Assembly (NCBI RefSeq): GCF_006345805.1
Contig: NC_043009.1
Span: 7,006,001-7,070,000, forward strand
From: Octopus sinensis
Taxonomy: Eukaryota
Direction: 5' to 3'
DNA: 64,000 nucleotides
Of this stretch, positions 41,399 to 52,048 are shown in pieces (within the stretch, counting starts at the first letter, position 1; every line of letters begins with the position of its first letter). The notes beneath the pieces are model-generated. The model was not told the origin of the DNA. It was given only the letters and a program-made list of their open reading frames with translations, and made no database searches. Both the position numbers and the translations under genes were made by a program.

Positions 41399-42049
41399 AC
41401 CATACCTGAATATAAATACATTTATATGTGTGTTTGTGAGTGTGTGTGTGTGTGTTTGTGAGTGTGTGTGTGTGTGCCTGTGTATGTGCGTGTGAGTGTC
41501 TTTGTACAAAGAAACACCCATACTGTACATGCGAGCATTCGCGCATACGTGCTTGTGTACGCATATGTATATATGTGTGTCTGTGTATTTATATGAGCTT
41601 TTATGAAACAATAATCATTTCCACTATTGGCAGGAGACCTGAAATGTTGGGCTAGTCGATTACATCGACTCCAGTGTGCAATTGGTACATGTTTTCGACC
41701 CCGAAGCGTTAACCCTCAAAATCGGCATTGCTGGAAGTTGAACCTAGAGTATTATGCAAGAAGAATCGCCACTAAGCTTTTTCGCCGACGAGCTACCAAT
41801 CTTCACTGCTCGGCACCTAAAATAATATTTTTATCCAATATGGGCATTTGATCGGAAAATGAGTAAGTTGATTACGTCGACCCCCAGTGTTCAACTGGTA
41901 TTTGTTTTATCGACGTGGAAAGGATGAAAGGCAAAATCGACTTCGCGAGATTTGAGACCAGATCGTACGGATTGGAGAAATGCTGCAAAATATCTCGTCC
42001 GGCATGCTAAAGATTTTGTCTGCTTGGCGCTTTAAATAACGATAATAGT

Positions 42050-42260
42050 AATTCTTTCTACTATAGGTACAAACTTTGGAGGAGGGGGATAGTCGATTAC
42101 GTCGACCTCAGTACTCGACTGGTACTTATTTTATCGACCCTGAAAGAAAGAAAAGGCAAAGTCGACCTCGGTGGAATTTGAACTCAGAAAGTGAAGACGG
42201 ACGAAATGCCCCTAAGCATTTCATCTGGCGTGCTAACGATTCTGCCAGCTTGCCGCCTTC
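42050..42260 (-). mobile_element. SINE family B monomer (further diverged copies at about 41630-41830 and 41860-42020)
   Basis: Reverse complement of head, B box, core and tail. Confidence 0.85.
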
Positions 42261-42439
42261 ATAGTGAAAATAACAATAATAATAATAATAATAACAACAA
42301 CAACAACAACAATTCCGTTTTTGGATTTGGTTTGCAATATTCTTTATGTAAGTTCGTGTGTTGAAGCATATTCTGTTGTGTCTGGGGAGAGAAGACGGTC
42401 GATGGTGTGTATTTTGGAGAGATTAGAACGAAGGGTGGC

Positions 42440-43290
42440 ACGCATAAGGCGGTAGGATGTAGTACGGAGCATGGGTAGCATTGTTGTAGTAAGGCCCAGA
42501 GAAATCGCACGACTCTACCGCAACGTATGAAAGGATAAGCCTATATGAAAATATATTTTAGCAGAAAGCTCCGAGATAATGGTATCATTGATCAAAGCAG
42601 TTTATCATGAACTAATAGCTTGATTACATCCTCCCACTTTGAAGGGTGTCCGTCTGAAATCCAGGAACAGGAAATATCAACCAAGTACCTGATGCACAAA
42701 AGGGATAGAGATGCTGGAAAAGCAGTAAAATGTGACAACCGATGCAGACTTTGTGGGGTTCACACTGAAGATTATCACCCACATCATAAGGAGTTGTCTG
42801 AAGATGTCATAACAGTATTATCTTCCGGTGAGATATGATGTTGTAGCTAGGACACTCTATACTGAAATCCGTCGGAAAGATAAACCCGAGGACGAAGAAA
42901 TAAGAACCCACAATATGGTAGAAGCTACAGCCACTCATAATAAAATGGAGTACTGGTGAAATGCCCCAGTGAAGACCACAATAAAAAGTAAGCTCAACAG
43001 ACCTGATCTAATGATTTGGAACAAAGAAGAGAAACTGCGCAGTTGTGGAAATTAGCTGCCCAGTGGATGTTAATATAAAGCTGAACATCAGTGAATAAGG
43101 GAACACCTACCCTGAACTATTGAGAAATCTGCAGTTACTCTATCCAGATTACAAGTTCAGGTTTATACTTGTAATTATTGGGGTCCTGGAATATGTAACG
43201 ATCTTGAGGAATTATGCCTCTCAAAGGAGAAGGTTAATTCGAAGACTACAGATTCAATCCAGGACTAGAACTGTATAAATCTTTAAAAGT
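42440..43290 (+). mobile_element. R4/Dong-type RLE LINE 3' remnant
   Basis: With frameshifts: EIQEQEISTKYL...CRLCGVHTED-THIIRSC (CCHC)...VRYDVVAR...EYW...NRPDLMIWNKEEK...VVEISCP.D.NI...LLRNLQLLYPDYKFRFILVIIG. Confidence 0.9.
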
Positions 43291-43615
43291 TTATCATTTA
43301 AATATATATGAAAGTTTATCATTTTATATATATATGCAGCTACATGCATGAAAATACATACATAAAGCAAAACAAACAAATTTTCACATATACATACAAA
43401 AATTATCCTGTTGTTGATGTTGAAATTTCAATGAAGGAGCCTTGAATCTAGGTTAGAAACCGGCTCTTTCTCTATTGGAAAGAATCAGCGAAATAAAACT
43501 GAACAATGACATACATACATGCACACATACACACATACACACGCACACATACGTACATACACACATACACACATACACACGCACACATACATACATACAT
43601 ACATACATACATACA

Positions 43616-43648
<33 letters not shown>

Positions 43649-44227
43649 GTATATACATGTATACATGCATATTTCCATACGGTGGCAGACTTCCAAATAA
43701 TTATCGCTCGTGGTTTTGTTAATGATGTCAGAAGTAAGTTTCCTAAAAGTCTTATCATAACTGCAGTGATATATAAGTGGATTCCAAATAGAGATATATT
43801 AAAGGATTTAGTTAAAAAACAAGCAAACACGAAAATATGTAAATAAACAGATATTTAAGACATACTTAAAATTTGGAAAATAAATACATATTTTTATTGC
43901 TAAAAATCTCTGGATATATGCCAATAAGACAAATTAGTATTGAACGTTTGTGTATAGGGAGAGTTTAGGCTTTTGCATGTAGAGCTAGAAATAGCTGCCG
44001 ATCTCACTCATATCACAAAATGACTATCTTTCAAAGGGGAAAGGTTACATTGTATATTACGATTAGAGATATAAGAAATCTGAAATATAGATAGAAGTTT
44101 TTAAAATCGAGTTTGGTCTGATGCTGAGGCAAAACTTCAATACTCAAACAACTTCTCCGTTAATCTAAATATATAATAGATTCAGCAAACCGAAATACAA
44201 CGGTTTCACGGAATGGATAATTCAATT

Positions 44228-44390
44228 TTATCGACCCCAGTATTCACCTGGTACTTATTTTATCGACTCCGAAAACATGAATGGCAAAGTTGAACCCGGC
44301 GGAATTTGAACGCAGGACCTAAAGACTAACGAAATATTGCTAAGCATACTGCTCGGCGTATTAATGATTCTGTCAGATCGACGCCTTAAC
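44228..44390 (-). mobile_element. SINE family B monomer
   Basis: Reverse complement of the core and head. Confidence 0.8.
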
Positions 44391-44404
44391 AACAACAACA
44401 ACAA

Positions 44405-44441
<37 letters not shown>

Positions 44442-44459
44442 TAATAATAATAATAATAG

Positions 44460-44795
44460 GCGGTTACAATACCAGTGATCGTAGGAGCACTAGGAATGAT
44501 CAAGAAGGGAACCGAAAATTATATGAGAATGATCCCTGGCTTACCATCCCTGCAAGAAGTGCAAAAGATTGTCTTAACTGGTACATCACACGTATTGAGA
44601 AGAGCATTGTCGAGGTGAGAGCTGTTGCTGCTCATGTATTTTAATTTAACTTAAAAAAAAAATTTTTTTTAAATGAACGAACTATTGAGTTTGGTTTAAT
44701 GGCCTACCAATGTATACTATGAGTTTCTTTGCCCTAGGAGTCGGGAAGACACTCAGCAAGAAATGGAAGCAAATTTGAAAGAAGAAAAAAAAAGT
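44460..44795 (+). mobile_element. 5'-truncated R4/Dong-type LINE end inserted in (AAT)n
   Basis: Open frame 44460-44618 AVTIPVIVGALGMIKKGTENYMRMIPGLPSLQEVQKIVLTGTSHVLKRALSR* followed by a 3' UTR. (AAT)n lies on both sides. Confidence 0.88.
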
Positions 44796-44799
44796 AATG

Positions 44800-44836
<37 letters not shown>

Positions 44837-44947
44837 TGGTTTCTACTGGAAGCACGAGGCCACAAACATGTGGAAAGGAATTAAGTCAATTACATCGACC
44901 TCAGTGTGCAACTGGTACTAATTTAATCAACCCCAAAAGGAAATACA

Positions 44948-45128
44948 AAGTTTCGGATGATATGCCCTCCAGTCTTTTTCAGGTGTCTTGGCGAAATTTC
45001 AAACCTGGTTCCTAATTCCTAAGTTATTATATTATTATTATTATTATTATTATTCAGGTCACTGCTTGGAATTGAACTCGTAATCTTGGGGTTTGTAGCC
45101 CGCGCTCTTAACCACAGCGCCATATGCC
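44948..45128 (-). mobile_element. tRNA-headed HHR SINE, antisense copy with degenerate core
   Basis: Minus strand: GGCATATGGCGCTGTGGTTAAGAGCGCGGGCTACAAACCCCAAGATTACGAGTTCAATTCCAAGCAGTGACCTG (A and B boxes), (AAT)n, then GACAC-CTGAAAA-AGACTGGAGGGCATATCATCC-GAAAC (G8 lost). Confidence 0.85.
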
Positions 45129-45158
45129 CGTGAGCGTTCCATTTCCATATATATATGA

Positions 45159-45315
45159 ATAACATCGAAAAATACCTTAGGAATGAGAACCCAGGTTCGA
45201 AATTTCCCCAAGACACCTGATGAAGACTGAAGGGTATATCAGCCGAAACGTTGTGTTAACAACAAACAAGATGAGGACAAATATCCGTCGAATGTAAATA
45301 ATGTAAATAATGTAA
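45159..45315 (+). mobile_element. HHR SINE, 5'-truncated sense copy
   Basis: Collinear with 25055-25195. Confidence 0.9.
45212..45257 (+). ncRNA. Minimal type I hammerhead ribozyme
   Basis: GACAC-CTGATGA-A-GACTG...CAGCC-GAAA-CG-TT-GTGTT. The core is intact with one A.C mismatch in stem II. Confidence 0.75.
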
Positions 45316-45806
45316 ATATTTTTGCTTCGTTTGTTTGCTTGATAGATTTTCATGATTAACCAAAACTGCTCTGACATTTGCTGAAGCTAAAGCAAAGGCG
45401 TATAAAAAAACAAATGTTTGTTTTCCGCTAATTCTGTGAAAATATGAAAGAAAATAAGCTGCGAAAGGAGTTCGTAAGCAGAACTCTCTGTCTCCTTCCC
45501 TTCTCCTCAGTCGGTGAGTTCCGAGTTCAAATCTCACCCTAGCCAGTTTTGCTTTTTATTGTAAGATATGTGAATACATATTATTGTTCAGGTACTGCAT
45601 GGAATTTGCCTTTCTTTTTTCTTTCTTTCTTTCTTCCTTCCTTCCTTCCTTTCTTTCTTTCTTCCTTTCTTTCTTATCCTCTCCTCCTTTTTAACTCTTC
45701 CTCTTTCTACCTTTTCTTCTTCTCCTTCTTGGGTTTACTTCATTCCCTTCGTTTTTCTTCTTCTTCTTCTTCTTCTTTCTCTTCTTCTTCCTCTTCTTCT
45801 TTCTCT

Positions 45807-45849
<43 letters not shown>

Positions 45850-46333
45850 TCTCTTCTTCTTCTTCCTCTTCTTTCTCTTCTTTTTCTTCTTCTTATTCCT
45901 TTTCTTCTTCTTCATCTTCTTCTTCTTCTCTCTCTTTCTCTTTCTCACCCACCAACCCCACTCTGTCTCTTTCCCCAAAACGGTTAAGAAGCTATTTTGA
46001 TAGAGTGTTCAGGGAGAAAGCTCAAAGTGTGTTCTTTACTTCAGAAATGGAAAACAATTGTGTTACCAGCCAACAAACTTTTCTCATCTAACATAGCAAC
46101 ACGTTTATTCATTCTCACATGTGCATGAACGCTGCTGATGTTTTTTGCTGCTAAGCATATTGTTGAAATTGATGAAATTGTCAATTTTTACTTCATAGAA
46201 TATCCTTATATATTTTCGTGAACAATGCTTGGGATTAGCTGTAATATTAAATTTATTCTATTTGTTTTCTGTAGGTTGTATCCATTTTCACTTTTGTTGA
46301 AGAGGCGTTTCTCTGCCGAAAATCCATCTTGTG

Positions 46334-47134
46334 TTGGATTTAAAGAGAAGAGAAAAATACAATTATGTTTAAAATTCTAAGACGTTCCATTTCCATATAT
46401 ACATATATGGAAATATATATATATATATCTTTCAGGATATGTTACAGGTAACCTCCTGGAAGGCATTTGACGCAGTCGTCTTGATATGTGAAACTCCGAG
46501 TAACAGGTTTTGTTGAATTTCTGCTTCTTTTAATTTAAAGCCTATTACTCTACCCCTTGTATTTGAGTACTCTTTTTTTCCACCTTTTCCCACGGTGTTG
46601 AGGATGGGTAACAAAATATACACCAAGTCATCAGAAAATAATACACCAAGTCATCAGAAAATAATAATCATTATTCCCATGTACAGCAAAATGCGATACA
46701 ATGATTTGTATATTTTTTCTTGATAAGTTCCGGTAGATTCATACGTAAATATGGCACTTGCTCTTATGTAAAACACAAGAGAACAACTAATTTTTACGGC
46801 GGTGCATCAGCATGGCCGCAGCTATGAGCTGAAACTAGAAAAAATATATATATATACCGGAGTAAACACATAAATGTGAAACAAGGTGGGAAAAAAGAGT
46901 ACTCAAATACAAGGGGTAGAGTGATATGCTTTATTTAAAAACAGCAGAAATTCAACAAAACCTGTTACTCGGAGTTTCACATATCAAGACGACTGCGTCA
47001 AATGCCTTCCAGGAGGTTACCTGTAACATATCCTGAAAGATATATATATATATATTTCCATATATATATATATGGAAATGGAACGTCTTAGAATTTTAAA
47101 CATAATTGTATTTTTCTCTTCTCTTTAAATCCAA
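46334..47134. repeat. ~260-bp inverted repeat (46334-46593 / 46876-47134) with a degenerate HHR-like motif in each arm
   Basis: The arms are near-identical over the central ~150 bp. Each has AACCTC-CTGGAAG-GCAT..GACGcagtCGTC..ATGT-GAAA-CTCCGAG-TA-ACAGGTT (46450-46509 +, 46959-47018 -). Confidence 0.9.
46608..46800 (+). repeat. ~190-bp direct repeat, copy 1 (copy 2 at about 48217-48400)
   Basis: Shared CAAGTCATCAGAAAA...GTACAGCAAAATGCGATACAATGATTT...CCGGTAGATTCA.ACGTAAATATGGCACTTGCTCTTATGTAA.ACACAAGAGAACA. Confidence 0.9.
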
Positions 47135-49325
47135 TAAAAGGGATACAGGAGGATGTGAAAGAGAACTGATGATTTATTGTATGTTGATTGTAAGATACTA
47201 AAGGAGGTATGGGTAAAAAAGGTTTTAGAATTTGGGTGGATAGTGTACAAGAAGGCTTACAAAAATATTCCACTATGTTGGTTCATGTAGTGCCTCAGTA
47301 TGGTCGAGATCAATGAGAAGTTAAACACCTTTCTGGAACATACCGGGTCATGGTATCACGTAGTGGGACTGAACCCAAAGCCATGTATATGGGAAGCAAA
47401 CTTCTTAGTACACAGCCACGCCTGCACTTATGACAGAGCATAAATAAATTGGAGTGTCGTAAAGACATACTGCGAGATAAATAAGAACGTAAGCATTTTC
47501 AGTCGATAATATCGATGTGCTGGAAAACGAGAGGGCCGGGGGTCTCCTCATGGATTGTTTCACTGTTAGTTCAGGCTTCTCTGAGAAAATTCCCACTCAT
47601 AGTTTTCTGCACATCAATACTTTACAAAAAATAGGTTCAGCTTATGTGATCAGTAGGAAGGCTTTATAATGCTTAAATATATTTCCTCTGATATACGTTG
47701 ATTTGTTTAAAAATTAATAGAGATACTAAAGTAAAGCAAAGAAGATGGTGAAAATTACACATAACGGTATCGAAAGAAGCAGAACAAAATACGCGGCCAC
47801 AAATAAGAGAATATTTACATTAAACGGACTCAAATACATGCTTGAACGTATTTCTTTGAATTAACATTGTGAAGAAGGTTTAGTGCGGAAAATTTAACGG
47901 GATTAAAAGAAACGACAAACAATAGAGTGAAAAACCAGACTCTAATACAGTCGCTTAACATTGATATACACAGATAGATGTCCAAGCGAAAACCATAGAA
48001 GTAGCTCTGCAGAAGAATATATAGGTATAAGAAAGCCATGCTGATGATAATAACGAAAGGAATATTCGAATCATATATTCAATAGGTGTATAGTACCTGG
48101 GACATATGGACTTGAGTATAACGAAAAATGTAACAATAGTATGTTCTATTAAAGTGAGAGAAAAAAAATGAAAATATGTATCTTTATTTAGTGAAGTAGA
48201 AAAGAAGTGTCTGATGGGTAACAAGATATATCAAGTCATCAGAAAACGGTAATAATATAAATAATCATTATTTCCGTGTACAGCAAAATGCGATACAATG
48301 ATTTTATAATTTGTCTTGATACGTACCGGTAGATTCAAACGTAAATATGGCACTTGCTCTTATGTAAGACACAAGAGAACAGCTCCTAACTTTTACGACG
48401 ATATTTTGCTTATAACACACTCGGGTTATTTGCTTAAGAAATTCTAGGACATCGATGCGTCGACTTGTTGTGTCTTATCAGCCAGAAGTACTTGAATATT
48501 TGAACATAAACAAGCCACTGGCTTCGTTCATAAATTCAGCGAACATAAATATTACCAGCGAATATGTGATAATAACACCATCCTGAAAAGAGAAGGAAAA
48601 ATCTTAAACAAAATACATCTGTAAAGTTATAGATGCGACGAACAGCGTGAGCACATTCTTTCTGGAGAGCATGGTATTTGAAACAGCTCTCAAATAATTT
48701 CTCAAAGACGTTATGAATCAGAAATTAGAAAAAAAAAAACCCCTTAAAAATCAAGAAGCCGAATGGCACAATATCATGAAATGTGGATTAAGCATATTGG
48801 AAAGAAATATGGAATAAAACAATGAGTCAAAAAACACAACGGGTCAAAAGGGATATGAAAAATGCAATAAAACCGCAAGAATGGCTCAGCCTAACTAGCA
48901 ATGAATTCAGTAATACGAAAAACACAGCAAGGAAGTGCAAATTCCTCGGGATTAACGAAGTTATCAATTTCTTGCTGAAACACCTAATCAATATTCTTGA
49001 ATAGTTGGCAATTGCAATCAATGAATTAGTAAAATACCACAAGTAACATCGCAGTGTTTTCTGGGATTTTTTTCTTGCATTTTTATCTGGGAATCAATGC
49101 TGATTGAGAAAACCCAAAACACCAGAGGTCGCCAAAACTCGGGATTTATAAATTGTTTGCAGAAAATATAGGCAATACTTGTGTATATATCTTATAAACA
49201 AACTAGAAATGTAGTTGATAGGCAACAATGTCTCAGCGGATGAGCAAGGATTGTGATGGATGGACGAATGGATCAGACGTTTTCGAAGAAAGAAGAAAGA
49301 CAGAGAAAGATACCGAGATACAGAT

Positions 49326-49376
<51 letters not shown>

Positions 49377-50218
49377 CTGTAGCATGGTATGGATTGATTG
49401 CAAAATTGCATGGGCTAATTGCAAAAGACCATTCGCTCGGGAACTACGAAATTGAATATCTAAGATGCTGCAAATAAGCAAGCATTTAAAAAACGAGCAC
49501 AGAACATCATAATCACGTGGAAAAGGAAGGTAATCGTGTTGCTGTAGAAGAAAACTTGTTAAAACCAATCCACTTTATCATTAGAAGTGACATGCGAAAA
49601 GACTCATATTTCTATTAGTATTCTACCAAGATTTCGCCTTGTTGGTAAAACTTGTATAATAAAACCAACCAGTGTTTGTCAACAGTAACAATAAGTTATA
49701 AACAGTAACCTTTATATGGGAGACTTCAATTATTTACAAAGGACAATGACCAACCGAAAATAGTATTTAATTTTCTTCATGAATTCAAGTGGGATATAGA
49801 AGCAAATCTTAGGTTAGTGACTTACACCGTTGCTACACGTAAGATTTTCTCGCCATCTTTTTCTAACTGTATTTTTAAATCCATAATTTTGGGCTTGTTC
49901 TTTTCTCAGTGTAACCGTTTCTATTGTTTTAGAGGGTGGGTTTCTTTTTTTTAATTCATGTCAGAATGATTTAAATAAAATGCTAGTCAAGTACACAGTT
50001 CCGTAGGATAGAGCGCATCCCCAAAAAATTTCAAACCTGCTGCTAATGACAGAAACGTCATCCTTGACCTATTTTCTGGGTGTTTCATAATAGCGCCAGT
50101 AGCCGCGACTAAACTCTACCCTAAAAAGTTCTGCACTTCTGCAGAAATTCGAAACAGTTGTTATTATTATTATTATTATCATTATTATTATTATTATTAT
50201 TATTATTTTTATTATCAT

Positions 50219-50611
50219 AAGGCGGCGAGCTGGCAGAAACGTTAGCACACCGGGCGAAAAGCTTAGCGGTATTTCGTCTGCCGTTACGTTCTGAGTTCAA
50301 ATTCCGCCAAGATCGACTTTGCCTTTCATCCTTTCGGAGTCGATAAAGTAAGTACCAGTTACGCACTGAGGTCGATATAATCGACTTAATCCGTCTGTCT
50401 ATCCTTGTTTGTCCTCTCTGTGTTTAGCCTCTTGTGGGTAGTAAAGAAATAGGTATTTCATCTGTCGTCGTGTTCTGAGTTCAAATTCCGCCGGGGTAGA
50501 ATTTGCCTTTTATCCTTTCGGAGACAAATTAAGTATCAGTTGCGTACTGGGGTCATTCTGGCCGACTGGCCCTTCCTCCAAAATTTCGGGACTTGTGCCT
50601 AAGTAGAAAAG

Positions 50612-50616
<5 letters not shown>
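50219..50616 (+). mobile_element. SINE family B with 2 units, flanked by (ATT)n
   Basis: Head, two B-box/core units, and terminal AGTAGAAAAG followed by (ATT)n. Confidence 0.9.
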
Positions 50617-50671
<55 letters not shown>

Positions 50672-50943
50672 GAGTGAGACTAGTGCATGTCATGAAAGTG
50701 ACAGTAGGGTACAAGTATACGAAGTCCAATAGACCCGTCATGACCACCTGTCTTATAAGGGTATATCAGGCACATGCATCACAACCATATGTGCTCAATA
50801 TGGTGGGTGAACTCATATCAAGATAAACAGTGCATGAACTTGCAGGAGAGGCCCAGTTAGAATTTTTTAAGGTCAAGTAACCCCAGCCGCTCAAAAGATC
50901 CCTGAATAAGGTTTGTTTAAGGATGCTATTGGAGACATTCAAA

Positions 50944-51475
50944 TCCTTACATGGTTATGAACAAACTGTTTGGTTGCGGTTCATTGATGACATCTCTTTT
51001 TAGTATAACAGCCTTCTTGCATTTCTGTGACTGTTATACTAAAAATTATGGCTTTAAGTCCAACACAAAATATATGCCTAGTTTTTCGAAAGCTAGCGTT
51101 GAATTTTCGAACACAAAAGTTAAGTTTTCTGGAGGTAGAATAGTGACAGATTTATTTTGCTAGCCTACGTCGTCCCACACTTACCTCCACCGCCACACCG
51201 ATCATGCAAATCATATAATTCGGTGAAATCCGAAATCCAAATTTTTTAGGATAAAACAGACTTGTACGGACATAGGGTATTACTAGAAACATGCAAATGC
51301 TTTTGTACACCATTATGTCAAACGCGATTACAGTGAATCACGATTAAAGGAAATAGCAAACGAGATAGTTAAGATTAGCAAAAAACGTCAAAACTCCATG
51401 CATAATTTTAGCAAACAAAGTACAATATGTGACAGAATTCCTTTCATTTTATGCTTCAGGGATCTACAAAACTAG
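50944..51475 (+). mobile_element. Penelope-like element reverse transcriptase remnant (palm/thumb)
   Basis: VWLRFIDDI (50968-50994), then after a frameshift SVEFSNTKVKFSGGRIVTDLFC*PTSSHTYLHRHTDH...KSKFFRIKQTC...HYVKRDYSE...DRIPFIL. This matches the PLE pattern W.RYIDD / FLD..I....L.TDLY.KPT....YL...S.HP / SQ.LRI..IC / RGY / RIP.VL. Confidence 0.88.
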
Positions 51476-52005
51476 CACAACTCATGCACTGGCTCATTTT
51501 TAATTTAGCTATCATCCTTCCTCTCAAATTGCTGATGTTACGTTTCAATTCAAAATTATTATTAGGCGATCGATTGGCGAATCGTTACAAAATCAGATAA
51601 AATGTCTTAAGATATAGAGTTATGTCCGTTATATTCTGAATTGAAATCCATTCAAAGTCATTTTACATTTCTTTCTGTCCTTTCCATATAGATAAAATAA
51701 AGTACCAGTAATTACAGAGATCGATATAAACAACAAATCTCAGTCCAGAAGTTTCTGCTCTTGCGCCATCGTCAACATTAAAATGGATCGTTTAAAACTA
51801 TCAAATATTTCATCTGACTTAACCGTTCTTTTTTTTTTTTAGTTTTATTGATTAAATAAACTTTTGTCAATATAATTAAAAGTAAATATGATATATTCTA
51901 TAAGCAACGTTAGAAACACATACCAATAGAAATACATACGAAAATCTTATTTTTGTTGTACCTACTCTTATTTTCTTTTTTTATATCATCGATTTGTGAA
52001 TGTGC

Positions 52006-52048
<43 letters not shown>

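Noticed and set aside
45055-45128. tRNA gene
   Set aside because: The acceptor stem does not pair and the sequence runs into an (AAT)n + HHR body shared with other copies, so it is a SINE head. The same holds for the other tRNA-like heads.
48036-48075. CTGATGA-TAATAAC-GAAA-GGAATATTC
   Set aside because: No stem II pairing, no UH cleavage site and no stem I.
48540-49800. Possible N-terminal part of the PLE ORF (NIII..KEGN.V resembling IIKPADKG)
   Set aside because: Too degraded to support without a translated homology search.
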